Shown piece by piece: positions 40,423-50,537 of a stretch of 64,000 nt of DNA. The DNA is from an uncultured Gammaproteobacteria bacterium. GTDB taxonomy: Bacteria > Patescibacteriota > Microgenomatia > Levybacterales > GWA1-39-11. The DNA is taken from positions 14,509 through 78,508 of the forward strand of contig CAZIAP010000004.1 of assembly GCA_964537315.1 (NCBI GenBank), in the 5' to 3' direction. A model generated the notes under the pieces. The model saw only the letters and a program-made list of their open reading frames with translations, was not told where the DNA came from and ran no database searches. The translations under genes were made by a program, and so were the position numbers. How positions within the stretch are numbered: the first letter of the stretch is position 1; each line of letters opens with the position of its first letter.

Positions 40423-40926
40423 ATGACGGGCTTAGCACTTATCTGTAGCTCACAAATAATTAACTCCTATTCACAATCAAAACTTTCATTTTCAGTGGTA
40501 GAAGCTGAAATCACTTCTGAAGTCAAAGACAGGCACAACACCCCTACTTTTATTTCTATTCCAGCTGTTTCTATCGGGTTACCGATCACTCAGACCAGTA
40601 TCATAAATGGGATCTGGGAGATCGATAAAGATGGAGTCTCACACTTAGAGTCATCAGCCTATCCTGGAGAAAACAGTGGAATAATCATGTATGCGCATAA
40701 TACTCATGATCGTTTTGGAAATTTACATTCAGTTAAAATTGGTGACGAAATCGCTGTGACAACACGAAATAGCAAACTGGCTAAATACAAAGTAGCTTCA
40801 ATATCGGTCGTTACTCCAAATGATGTAAATGCACTGATAACCGATAGTGAATCGCTAATTCTCTATACCTGTACAGGTTTTGCAGATCTTAAACGATTGG
40901 TAGTTAAAGCAAAACCAGCAAACTAA
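40423..40926 (+). CDS. Sortase
   Basis: PGEN...YAHN, F..L...GD.I, LYTC, R catalytic triad. Confidence 0.9.
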   Translation: MTGLALICSSQIINSYSQSKLSFSVVEAEITSEVKDRHNTPTFISIPAVSIGLPITQTSIINGIWEIDKDGVSHLESSAYPGENSGIIMYAHNTHDRFGNLHSVKIGDEIAVTTRNSKLAKYKVASISVVTPNDVNALITDSESLILYTCTGFADLKRLVVKAKPAN

Positions 40927-41321
40927 GTTGATTTATTAAAATTTAGTGCTGCAGAATTGATACAAAATCTTTTACCAGTAGTCTCTTGAGGTCCATCATC
41001 AAACACATGTCCTAAATGTCCGCCACAATTACTGCACAACACTTCTATCCTGTGCATTCCAAAACTCCAATCATCTTTGAACTCTACATTTCCTTCCAAT
41101 GATCTATCAAATGACGGCCATCCACAATCAGAGTGAAATTTTGTGTCAGATGAAAAAAGCTCTTGTCCACATGCTGCACACTCATACATCCCAGTTTCAA
41201 AGTTGTTGTTAAATTTTCCGGTAAAAGGAGCTTCAGTTCCCTTCTGACGCAATACCTTATACTGCTCTGGACTCAATTTTTCTTTCCAATAATCATCTGG
41301 CTTATTTTTAAAGTCATTCAT
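40923..41321 (-). CDS. msrB: Peptide methionine (R)-sulfoxide reductase
   Basis: GTE.PF, GWPSF, GHLGHVFDDGP, RFCINS. Confidence 0.97.
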   Translation of the reverse strand: MNDFKNKPDDYWKEKLSPEQYKVLRQKGTEAPFTGKFNNNFETGMYECAACGQELFSSDTKFHSDCGWPSFDRSLEGNVEFKDDWSFGMHRIEVLCSNCGGHLGHVFDDGPQETTGKRFCINSAALNFNKST

Positions 41322-41382
41322 ACATATATTATACCCTACCCGTAAACCAACCTATTCTGCATAACTTTGATATAATTGCCTC

Positions 41383-42255
41383 ATGACTTCTCAAATTGTA
41401 GAATTTTTAACTCCTGAAAAAATAATACTTACCGGACTACATTTAGGAAACCCCAAATCGCAGACCTGTTATATTTTCATTCATGGTCTCGGAGGCAATG
41501 TCTTTTCAATGCGTGAACTTGCATCTCTGCTAGTCAGTGATAACTCCTCTGCTCTGCTTTTTAATAACCGAGGACATGACCTTATTTGTCGCATGAAAAA
41601 AGTCGATAAGAGAAAAAAGAAAGGTACAACTTCATTTCTTGGTGGTGCAGCACACGAAGTCTTTACAGAGTGCGAAGATGACATTGAAGGCGCGGTTCAG
41701 TATGCTAAATCTCAAGGTGCAAAAAATATTGTTCTTGTAGGCCATTCAACCGGTAGTCAAAAATCAATTTATTATTTATCAAAAAGAAATAATCAAAAGA
41801 AAATAAAAGCTGTTGTTCTCCTAAGTCCTTTAAGTGATTTTGCAGGCATCGTCAGTCAACTTTCAGTTGAGGACTACAAAAACTTACTTAAAATCTCAGA
41901 AGCATTAGTAATGCAAGGAACACCTCATCAATTATTACCAACTTCTATTTGGCCTCAACTGGCTGACGCGCAACGCTTTTTAAGTCTTGCCACACCAATG
42001 AGTGAAGAAGAAATATTTTCTTATTACGACCCAAGTAAAAAAAGTGTTTTCTCGTCGATTAAGACTCCACTACTTGTGATCTTCGGTCAAAAAGATGAAT
42101 ACCGTGATCGTCCAATAAAAAAGATCGTACAATGGTTTGATACTCATCAAAGCTCATCTAATTACCATTCAGAAATTATTCCTGATGGAAACCATGGATT
42201 TGACGGTAATGAAAATAAAGTTGCCCAGATAATATTAAGTAAGACTGCTAAATAG
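41383..42255 (+). CDS. Alpha/beta hydrolase (DUF1749-like)
   Basis: HGLGG, GHSTGSQ, DE, H.F. Confidence 0.8.
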   Translation: MTSQIVEFLTPEKIILTGLHLGNPKSQTCYIFIHGLGGNVFSMRELASLLVSDNSSALLFNNRGHDLICRMKKVDKRKKKGTTSFLGGAAHEVFTECEDDIEGAVQYAKSQGAKNIVLVGHSTGSQKSIYYLSKRNNQKKIKAVVLLSPLSDFAGIVSQLSVEDYKNLLKISEALVMQGTPHQLLPTSIWPQLADAQRFLSLATPMSEEEIFSYYDPSKKSVFSSIKTPLLVIFGQKDEYRDRPIKKIVQWFDTHQSSSNYHSEIIPDGNHGFDGNENKVAQIILSKTAK

Positions 42256-42290
42256 TTGCATTCTCTTCTTAGATCATCAATAATTAGGCC

Positions 42291-43418
42291 ATGAAACGTA
42301 CAGTAATATTTGGACTGATATTTGTTTTTGTAATTGGAATAACCTTGTTTCTCCGAGAGACCGACTACCTCAGCCGTCAGCAAGATATACCCACACTCCG
42401 AGAAATTAGCAATCAAGACTCGGCTGACCTCCCTCGACTTACTACCATTGCAGAAAACTTAGAAATACCTTGGGGATTAGTGTTTTTGCCTGATAATAAC
42501 CTTCTTGTAACAGAAAGACCTGGACGAGTTGTTCATATAAACCTGCAGTCAGGAAAGCAGACTCTAGTAGCAACTTTACCAGAAGTAGTACATATTGGTG
42601 AAGGAGGCCTTCTGGGAATAGAACTCCACCCAGAATTTGAAAGAAACAACTTTATTTACCTTTATTACACCTATCAAAACAATGGAAACAACACGCTCAA
42701 TCGCATAGTTAGAATGACATATGAGAACCAACAGCTTGATAATGAAACGATTATACTTGACCGTATTCCCGGCGCTTCAAACCATAACGGAGGGCAGATA
42801 AAGTTTGGTCCTGATAACTTTTTATATATCACTACAGGAGACGCCCAGATACCTAGCTCAGCTCAAAACATTCAATCACTAGCAGGAAAAATTTTGCGAG
42901 TATCCGATGATGGAAAACCGGCTCCCGGAAACCCATTTAATAACGAAGTGTACTCATACGGACATCGAAACCCTCAAGGCATTTGTTGGGATGAAAACGA
43001 TCAGATGTTTGCTACTGAGCACGGAAGATCAGGCGCTCAATCAGGACTTGATGAACTTAACTTAATAAGACCTGGAATCAACTACGGGTGGCCAGAAATT
43101 CAAGGAAACGAAACACATAATGAAATGCAGACTCCACTACTCAACAGTGGAACTACTACTTGGGCACCTGCAGGAGCTGTGTGTATAAACAACCAAATAT
43201 ATTTTGGAGGGCTAAGAGGAAACGCACTTTATGAAGCAGTAACTCAAGGCGATACTGTAGAGCTAAAGACACATCTTGACGGAGAGCTAGGACGTATCAG
43301 AGCAGTAATACTTGGACCTGATGAGATGCTATATATTTCTACCAGCAACCGTGACGGCCGCGGTACACCAAGTAGTGGGGATGATAAAATAATAAGAGTC
43401 AACCTAGAGAAGCTATAA
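42291..43418 (+). CDS. PQQ-dependent sugar dehydrogenase (GSDH family)
   Basis: PWGL, TERPG, GEGGLLGI, HNGG, GHRNPQG, NYGWP. Confidence 0.92.
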   Translation: MKRTVIFGLIFVFVIGITLFLRETDYLSRQQDIPTLREISNQDSADLPRLTTIAENLEIPWGLVFLPDNNLLVTERPGRVVHINLQSGKQTLVATLPEVVHIGEGGLLGIELHPEFERNNFIYLYYTYQNNGNNTLNRIVRMTYENQQLDNETIILDRIPGASNHNGGQIKFGPDNFLYITTGDAQIPSSAQNIQSLAGKILRVSDDGKPAPGNPFNNEVYSYGHRNPQGICWDENDQMFATEHGRSGAQSGLDELNLIRPGINYGWPEIQGNETHNEMQTPLLNSGTTTWAPAGAVCINNQIYFGGLRGNALYEAVTQGDTVELKTHLDGELGRIRAVILGPDEMLYISTSNRDGRGTPSSGDDKIIRVNLEKL

Positions 43419-43421
43419 ATT

Positions 43422-43528
43422 TCTAATTGCACTAATTATTCTAATTGACCTAAATAAGTACAACGCTTAAATTAGTTTATTATATAATTGGGTTTTGTTT
43501 AGAAATTAGAGAAATTAGCTTAATTAGA
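43422..43528. repeat. CTAATT-rich imperfect inverted-repeat element without ORF
   Basis: TCTAATTGCACTAATTATTCTAATT... and ...AATTAGAGAAATTAGCTTAATTAGA. Confidence 0.55.
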
Positions 43529-43543
43529 TTAATTTATATAATA

Positions 43544-44101
43544 ATGCATAAATACCCTTTCATTATCCTGGCAGTCATCATCATAGTTTCAGTTTACTTA
43601 GTTCTCTTCGGAAACGTAGATACACCTCAAACAACAAAAAGTTCAGTTGTCACAGACTCAAGTCCCACAAACGAAGAATTCAGTGATTATACCGCGGCAT
43701 TTCTTGTAGTCACAAACGGATTGTCTCGTGATTTTTCAGCATCCAGATACCATAACTTATCACAGAGTGTTTATATCACATCTCAAAATCCCCAGATAGT
43801 TCATGTTCAAAAGCCAAATATAACCTGGCAGGATTTTTTCAGCACGTTACCTATGGGATTATCATCTAGCTGTTTAACTACCGGAACAGGTCAAAATTTT
43901 TGTGATGAACAGGGAGGATCACTCCGTTTCTTTTTAAATGGTAATGAAGCTCCCAGAGCATTAGAAGCAGTAATTCAGCCCAATGACAAATTATTAGTAA
44001 CCTTCGGTAATGCTTCTGACAACGAAATACAACTTCAGATCAAACGGATTGATGACCCACAGCCTGACGTTTCGTCAAAGGCTGAGAAAGAGGAAGAGTA
44101 A
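43544..44101 (+). CDS. Membrane-anchored hypothetical protein
   Basis: N-terminal TM; VHV, FF.TL, Cys pair, LNG, DKLLVTFG. Confidence 0.65.
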   Translation: MHKYPFIILAVIIIVSVYLVLFGNVDTPQTTKSSVVTDSSPTNEEFSDYTAAFLVVTNGLSRDFSASRYHNLSQSVYITSQNPQIVHVQKPNITWQDFFSTLPMGLSSSCLTTGTGQNFCDEQGGSLRFFLNGNEAPRALEAVIQPNDKLLVTFGNASDNEIQLQIKRIDDPQPDVSSKAEKEEE

Positions 44102-45791
44102 AGAAAAAAGTTGAACCCTTATTTTCTTTTGATTCTACCCATATCTTCCCTTTATGTTCTTTTATTATGCTTGCCGATACATAGAGACCAATTCCCAAGC
44201 TTTGCTTATTACCATTATTCTCAACTTGATAGAATCTATCAAAAACTTTAGATTGTTCTTCTTTAGGAATTCCCTGACCAAAATCTTTCACGCTTATCAT
44301 CGCTTTTCCATCTTGGATTTTACTGGTAACTATCACTTTAGATTTTGATGGTGAGTACTTTAATGCATTGTTTACTAGGTTAGTAATCACTTGCATAACT
44401 CTTGTTTTATCTGCAAACACTTCTCTTTTCAAATTATTTTTCAAAACTATTTCCCTTTGAGGCTTTGTTTTTTGAAAGGTTTCTACTACCTCTTCAATTA
44501 CTTTTGCTAAATCAAGTTGCTCAGGATTTAATGTTATTCCTCCATTTCGTAACCGTGATAAATCAAGCAAATCATTTGTCAGTACAAGCATTCGATTTAC
44601 TTGATCCTGCAATTTTTTTGCCACAGTGTGCTCTGGCGTATTAGGTGAAATTTTTGCTGTTAAAATGTCAGCATAAAGTTTTATACTGGTAATAGGGGTT
44701 TTTAGCTCGTGGCTTGCCACACTGATAAACTCATCTTTGCTTTCTTCCCTCTTTTTCTCTTCACGAATATCTTTTACAACTACAGTCGCGCCTACTACTT
44801 TATGGTTCAGCTCAATTGGTGTAACACTTACTGATACCGGAATTTTTTTATGTTTACTTTTAATCATAAAGCTGGATGAGGTAAACTTTCTACCTGATTG
44901 TATTGATCTCAAAAACCTGTCTTCATCCACAGAGTTTTTAGATGAAATTAAAGTATGTACCTTTTTACCAACTACTTCAGTTGGGTGCCTTCCGATTAGT
45001 TCACCAAGCGCATTATTAGAATTCCCTATTCTTCCTTTAAGATTTACTGAAATAACACCATCACTGATACTAGAAAGTATTGTGTGCGCTTCAATATCAA
45101 ACAGCTCGTATCGTAATATTGCGTATCCAATGATAATACCCATGAAGGTAGTTAGCGGAACAGCAGCCGGGAAAATATAAATTTCAAACAATGGTAAAAC
45201 TCCGTCAGTAATTGAACCAAGTATGAGAGGTACAAGAATAGCAATAATAAGTAGTACTACCTGCTTTCTCTGTATGTAGTTTTTAACAGATCTATAATAA
45301 ACGATGAGTATACCGATCGATGCTACCATTAGAGACTCAAGCCAAAAAAGAAAGTATGAAAAATACTCACCTGGCCGCGAGTTATAACCCCATTGATTGA
45401 TCACTATGGCCTCTTGGCTATGATTATCTATTAAAAAAGTTGTCCAGGATAAATATAAAAATACAATTGAGGGTATAAAAACATACGCTGACACCCATAT
45501 TTTTTTTAAATAATCTAATTTCTTTGTAAAGGCCAGTGAGAATACAAAAAATACTGAGGGAAGGGTAACGTACCCTAGAGCAGATATTCTATCGACACGC
45601 TCGTACAAATCCTGATGCAAACCCATCCAATTTATAATAATTTGGGGCACACTCCAGACAGTAATCGCAACTATAAATAAAGCAAACGAAACTAACACAG
45701 GAGAGCGCACAGGCCGACGAATTAATAGATATAGTAATGCTAAGTTTGTGATCGCGGCCGCGATAAGCAAAGCAGTATATATTTCAGCCAT
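44040..45791 (-). CDS. 7TM-PAS sensor histidine kinase
   Basis: N-terminal TMs, PAS, SHELKTPIT, NALKYS, D.GQGI, GIGLY, GSTF. Confidence 0.93.
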   Translation of the reverse strand: MAEIYTALLIAAAITNLALLYLLIRRPVRSPVLVSFALFIVAITVWSVPQIIINWMGLHQDLYERVDRISALGYVTLPSVFFVFSLAFTKKLDYLKKIWVSAYVFIPSIVFLYLSWTTFLIDNHSQEAIVINQWGYNSRPGEYFSYFLFWLESLMVASIGILIVYYRSVKNYIQRKQVVLLIIAILVPLILGSITDGVLPLFEIYIFPAAVPLTTFMGIIIGYAILRYELFDIEAHTILSSISDGVISVNLKGRIGNSNNALGELIGRHPTEVVGKKVHTLISSKNSVDEDRFLRSIQSGRKFTSSSFMIKSKHKKIPVSVSVTPIELNHKVVGATVVVKDIREEKKREESKDEFISVASHELKTPITSIKLYADILTAKISPNTPEHTVAKKLQDQVNRMLVLTNDLLDLSRLRNGGITLNPEQLDLAKVIEEVVETFQKTKPQREIVLKNNLKREVFADKTRVMQVITNLVNNALKYSPSKSKVIVTSKIQDGKAMISVKDFGQGIPKEEQSKVFDRFYQVENNGNKQSLGIGLYVSASIIKEHKGKIWVESKENKGSTFFFTLPLSQPLTKRQAVGHQSV

Positions 45792-45872
45792 AAATTCATG
45801 ACACAAAAATGTATCGGCATTATTGTATCATACCGAGGTTTATTATTCTCTATATCTAAAGAACGACGTGAG

Positions 45873-46349
45873 TTACTCTTCTACTATTAGTGTACCTACC
45901 ATTCCCATCTGTCTATGATCTCCTACGCTGCAGTAGTACTCAAATTCTCCTGCTTTGTCAGCTACGAACACTACACTCTCTGCCTCACCTGCAGACAGCA
46001 TCTGAGTACGTGCATCAAATTCATCAATCACCCAATCGTGCATATCAGATTCACTGCTTAGTGTGACTCGTACTGTATCACCAACCTTAACTCGTATTTC
46101 TTTTTGACTAAACTGAAAGTTACTTGCAGTAATCGCAAAATCTTTAATACCTTCTTCTTCCATCATTGAAGTCTCATCGCTCTGATTTGTATTTGTATCT
46201 TCTGTCATATCTCTTTGTTCTACAGTAGATCCATCATCTGTATTTCTTTGAGACTGAGTCATATACAACAAGCCACCAATAGCAAATAATATCACTACTG
46301 CGACTAATGCTAGAACCCCTACATTCATTCTTCCTAATGATTGCTTCAT
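45873..46349 (-). CDS. Membrane-anchored cupredoxin
   Basis: VGDTV, HDW, YYCSVGDHRQMGM. Confidence 0.88.
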   Translation of the reverse strand: MKQSLGRMNVGVLALVAVVILFAIGGLLYMTQSQRNTDDGSTVEQRDMTEDTNTNQSDETSMMEEEGIKDFAITASNFQFSQKEIRVKVGDTVRVTLSSESDMHDWVIDEFDARTQMLSAGEAESVVFVADKAGEFEYYCSVGDHRQMGMVGTLIVEE

Positions 46350-46385
46350 ATATGTCACCTCCCTTCGCCTCACGTAATTTTTCGC

Positions 46386-47090
46386 TTAATACCCTGCGAA
46401 GTCTTCTCTATTAATCTTATCATCATTTACACCCAGAGATATAAGCATATTTTCTATTTCATGACCCATATTTTCAGGACCAACTATATAAAACAGAGCA
46501 GATTTCATATCCGGTACATATTGGTTTATTATCTCTACATTGATCCGACCCTGAAAACCTGGCCAATTTTTGTCTTGTGACATATTATGTATAACCTTTA
46601 AGTTAGTAAGGTTTTCTTCAAGCGCCTCTAATTCATCAAAATAAGGTGTGCTGTCTTTTAACTTATTAGAATAAAAAAGAGTTACTGAATTCTCTTTTCC
46701 TGAGTCTTTCATCCACCTCATCATGCTCATAAAAGGGTTTATGCCTATTCCTCCTGCAATAAATACCAGGGGAATATCAGTACTTTCCGGAAAAACTAAA
46801 TCTCCCTCTGGACTGCTTACATCTATCTGACCACCTAACGGTAGGGCATGTAGCTCTTTTTTAAACCCTGATTCTCTTAAACGGGTAGCGACTGAAATTT
46901 TATTTTTCTCTGCAGGAGAACTGGCAATAGTAAAATATCTGCGTGATCCTTGATAGTCAGGGAATTTTGGATTTTTAAAGGTTAAGAATACGTACTGACC
47001 TGCCTGAAACAATATTGGTTCTGATAATTCAAAAGTATATTCAAAAGTTTCAACACACAGTTCTCTTTTATTTATCAATGACCCTACCAT
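46386..47090 (-). CDS. FNR-like FAD/NAD(P) oxidoreductase
   Basis: FQAGQY, RYFTIASSP, AGGIGINPF, EDFAGY. Confidence 0.9.
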   Translation of the reverse strand: MVGSLINKRELCVETFEYTFELSEPILFQAGQYVFLTFKNPKFPDYQGSRRYFTIASSPAEKNKISVATRLRESGFKKELHALPLGGQIDVSSPEGDLVFPESTDIPLVFIAGGIGINPFMSMMRWMKDSGKENSVTLFYSNKLKDSTPYFDELEALEENLTNLKVIHNMSQDKNWPGFQGRINVEIINQYVPDMKSALFYIVGPENMGHEIENMLISLGVNDDKINREDFAGY

Positions 47091-49480
47091 TACTTTTGAC
47101 TTTTGATTTTTGAGTTTTGACTTTTTATACTGTGCCCTCCAAACTGGTTTCTCAGAGTACTTAATATTTTTCCAGTATAGCTTGGATTTTTTTCTGACTC
47201 TATTCTGAATTGTAATGACTCTTCAATTATCTTGGTTTTTACTTTTAATTCTCTTGCTGCTTCAATCGTCCACGCACCCTCTCCAGTGTGAGCAACTGAG
47301 CCTGAAATTTCAGAAAGATCTTCTCCATAAATTTGCAAACCATTGCGTAACCAACCGATAAGCCGTGATTCAATTACACTTCCGTGATTATATACTTCAG
47401 CAACTTTCGTCAGATCAAGATCATATTTTGACTCTTTTAAGACTGTAAAACCTTCTGCAATTGCTTGCATCATTCCATATTCGATACCGTTATGAACCAT
47501 TTTGACAAAGTGACCTGCTCCTGCACCTTCAAAATGTTCAACTCCTTCGCTTACTGCGATGTCTGTATATAACGGAAGAAGTTCTTCATAGGATTCACGT
47601 GACCCACCCACCATTAGGCAAGCTCCATTTCTAGCACCACCTGGTCCACCTGATACACCAACATCAACAAAATTAATTCTCTCTTTTTCCAGAACTTTCG
47701 CACGTTTCTGTGAGTTTTTATACAATGAGTTTCCAGCATCAATCACAGTATCTCCTTTTTCAAGATACGGCAAAATACCATCACCGCTTAAGAGAGAGTC
47801 CAGAGCGTCTCCTTCAGGCAACATAACCCAGATTATCCTTGGTCCGTCTAATTTTTGCGCTAATTCCTGCAAGGAGTATGCTCCTTTTACTCCCTGTTCT
47901 TCAAAGATTTTAGTAACTTCGCTTGTTCTGTTATATGCAACTACTTCCCAACCTTTTTCGATAAGCCTGGATGCTATATTCCCACCCATTTTTCCTAGAC
48001 CTATGATACCGATCTGTTTTTTAAATTTAGGTGCCAAAGGAATTGCATCTATATATAAAGAGTCTTCAACTGGTTCAAATGTTCGTTTTTTATAGCTTTT
48101 AAGCGGCACTAAATTTTTCTGCCAGGAAAGCCAAATAGGGTCAGTAAATCTCCACATTGCTTTTATTTCATCAGTACTTACAAATAAAAGCTGGTTGCCA
48201 TAAATACAATCAAGTAACAGTTTTTCATACTCTTCTACATACTGTACACGGTCTGTTACATCACGATAATAAAAATTCAAAACTCCGGGAGCAATTCCAC
48301 CATCAAGTCCAGGTTTCTTATTCCAGAAATGGATATTAATCGTCTCTGTCGGCTCAATCCCAATCACGATTTTATTCTGATTATGCTCACCAGGCGGACA
48401 CATACACGGCTCAGGATGCTTTAGTGTTATGACAATTTCTTTGATCTGCTCTGCCATCGATTTACCGCTTTCAAAAGTAATTGGAATATTAGAATAACGA
48501 GGATGTGTAATACTTGTTTTTATCTTAAAGTAAGTTTCGGTTTGTGATTTAGGATCTACTCCTTTTATAGACTTATATCCTTCGTACTGTGCTCTATATG
48601 TATTGTTTTTTATCTGCTCTTCGCTCATCACGGGTAGATAATTTAAAATTTCTGCCCTCTTTTTGCGAACTTGCTCAGGCGAGTTTTCTTTTGGATGTTC
48701 CATGAGAATAAGAGCCAGCATCTGAAGCAAATGATTCTGCCCCACATCCCGCAGTGCGCCTACACCATCATAAAAATCACCACGGTTCTCTACACCCATC
48801 GTTTCGTACAGCTTGAGATGAATACTTTCGATCAATTGATTATTCCATGATTGCTCAAACAGATTATTTGAAAACCTAAAGTTTAAAATATTTTGCAGCA
48901 TCTCTTTTGCCAGATAATGATCAATGCGGTATATTTGTTCTTCCTTAAAAAGCGTACCAAGCATCGTATCCAGCTCTTCTGCAGTTTTCAGGTCTTTTCC
49001 AAACGGTTTTTCAACCAGAACTCTAGTCCAACCCTCTTCAGGACTGCATGGCTCCGTAAGTCCGGAATCAGATAAGTTCTGGAAAATTGATTTATAGTAC
49101 TCTGGAGGAACTGCCAAATAGAATAGCTTATTTGCGCACACATTCCACTGCTTGTCCGCACGACCCAGTGTAACAGCGAGATCTTTATAACTTGCAAAAT
49201 CCTCAAAGTCTCCTGACTGATAAAAAATATGCTGCAAGAACTTTGGAAGATGTTCTTTATTTTCTTCAAAATCCTTCTGCTTTTTGAGTACCGTGGTGAT
49301 ATGCTGACGAAACTCTTCCTCAGTCAATTTTCGTCTAGCAAAACCATAGATTTTGATCATTTGTGGAAGCTTGCCTGCGATAAAGAGGTGAAAGAGAGCC
49401 GGGGCAATTTTTTTAGCTGTAAGATCACCAGTCGCACCAAAAATAACAAATATTGTTGGAAGATTGTGCTTGGTGTTCAC
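47090..49480 (-). CDS. zwf-gnd: Fused glucose-6-phosphate dehydrogenase / 6-phosphogluconate dehydrogenase
   Basis: GATGDL, EKPFG, RIDHYLAKE, DVGQNH then GLGKMG, GVSGGPGG, VKMVHNGIEYG, LRNQFGGH in one ORF. Confidence 0.93.
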   Translation of the reverse strand: MNTKHNLPTIFVIFGATGDLTAKKIAPALFHLFIAGKLPQMIKIYGFARRKLTEEEFRQHITTVLKKQKDFEENKEHLPKFLQHIFYQSGDFEDFASYKDLAVTLGRADKQWNVCANKLFYLAVPPEYYKSIFQNLSDSGLTEPCSPEEGWTRVLVEKPFGKDLKTAEELDTMLGTLFKEEQIYRIDHYLAKEMLQNILNFRFSNNLFEQSWNNQLIESIHLKLYETMGVENRGDFYDGVGALRDVGQNHLLQMLALILMEHPKENSPEQVRKKRAEILNYLPVMSEEQIKNNTYRAQYEGYKSIKGVDPKSQTETYFKIKTSITHPRYSNIPITFESGKSMAEQIKEIVITLKHPEPCMCPPGEHNQNKIVIGIEPTETINIHFWNKKPGLDGGIAPGVLNFYYRDVTDRVQYVEEYEKLLLDCIYGNQLLFVSTDEIKAMWRFTDPIWLSWQKNLVPLKSYKKRTFEPVEDSLYIDAIPLAPKFKKQIGIIGLGKMGGNIASRLIEKGWEVVAYNRTSEVTKIFEEQGVKGAYSLQELAQKLDGPRIIWVMLPEGDALDSLLSGDGILPYLEKGDTVIDAGNSLYKNSQKRAKVLEKERINFVDVGVSGGPGGARNGACLMVGGSRESYEELLPLYTDIAVSEGVEHFEGAGAGHFVKMVHNGIEYGMMQAIAEGFTVLKESKYDLDLTKVAEVYNHGSVIESRLIGWLRNGLQIYGEDLSEISGSVAHTGEGAWTIEAARELKVKTKIIEESLQFRIESEKNPSYTGKILSTLRNQFGGHSIKSQNSKIKSQK

Positions 49481-49570
49481 TCACATACTATACCAAATAT
49501 GAACTTACAGGACAAGAAAGCAAACAATGTTCTATATCCTGGAATGTAAAATTCTGTCTTTACTACGAGA

Positions 49571-50011
49571 TTATTTACGAGAAGAACGAAGCGCAAGCAT
49601 ACCTGCAAGGGAGATTAATGCAAGATTTTTGATCATGTACTGTCCTTCAAGGGTAGGATTCAAGAATGACTCCCATGTCATATTAGGAAGAAGTAACACT
49701 GGCATCATAGTTGCAACCGCATGAAGCAATACAACGCCAAACATAATTTTTGAGTATTTAGGGAAAAGGATAAATAGACCAATCATCATCTCTGAAAATC
49801 CGAGAAAAAGGATAAAGTATTCGAACGGCACAAAAGGCAAAGTTTTGTCGAGTAACGCTGCAACAATTTCGTTTGCGGAGCTAATAGTAAATATCTTAGT
49901 TGCGCCAAACCAAAAGTATATAAGAAATAGTGAAAAACGCGCAAAAGGAGAAATTAATTCTGACAAATTCACATCAAACCATTTCTCGTATTTTTGAATA
50001 AATTCTCTCAT
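49571..50011 (-). CDS. DoxX-like membrane protein
   Basis: YFWFGATK, EMMIG, PTLEGQYMIKN. Confidence 0.75.
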   Translation of the reverse strand: MREFIQKYEKWFDVNLSELISPFARFSLFLIYFWFGATKIFTISSANEIVAALLDKTLPFVPFEYFILFLGFSEMMIGLFILFPKYSKIMFGVVLLHAVATMMPVLLLPNMTWESFLNPTLEGQYMIKNLALISLAGMLALRSSRK

Positions 50012-50118
50012 TTTAAAAATAAAATAACTGTATCCTTGTGAATACGGACATGTCTCACCTTTTTATTTAATCAATTCTATCCAGGGCCCTGGAATATACA
50101 TTCAATTGAGAAAAAAGA

Positions 50119-50331
50119 TTACTTCTTTCCTCCCCAAACTTTGCTGTATTTATCGTAGTCAACGAGTAACCACACAGCTGAAAGTCCAACAAGTACGTAT
50201 ACTACTTGTTCAAGTACTGGGACTGATTCAAAAAGTAACTCAACGAGATTTAGTTCCATAAGACCGACAAGTCCCCAGTTCAAACCTCCGACTACTACTA
50301 AAAGGTATGCGAGCATTTTTAAAGCTTTCAT
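50119..50331 (-). CDS. DUF378 family membrane protein
   Basis: LVVVGGLNWGLVGL..NLV...VYVLVGLSA. Confidence 0.9.
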   Translation of the reverse strand: MKALKMLAYLLVVVGGLNWGLVGLMELNLVELLFESVPVLEQVVYVLVGLSAVWLLVDYDKYSKVWGGKK

Positions 50332-50537
50332 ATATTCTCACCACCCTTCGCTCCGTAATGATTTTATAAAGGCTACCAAAACTAACTCAATCAATTCTAT
50401 TTTTTCTTCTCCGTACGGAGCTACGGAGTGGTAAGCCTCCTTAACCAAATAATCATTTTATCTGGTACTATCAGTTTAGACGGAAATATTTTCACAGTCA
50501 ATAGTCTGCTTTATTGGAAGGGTTTTCACGAAGAATA

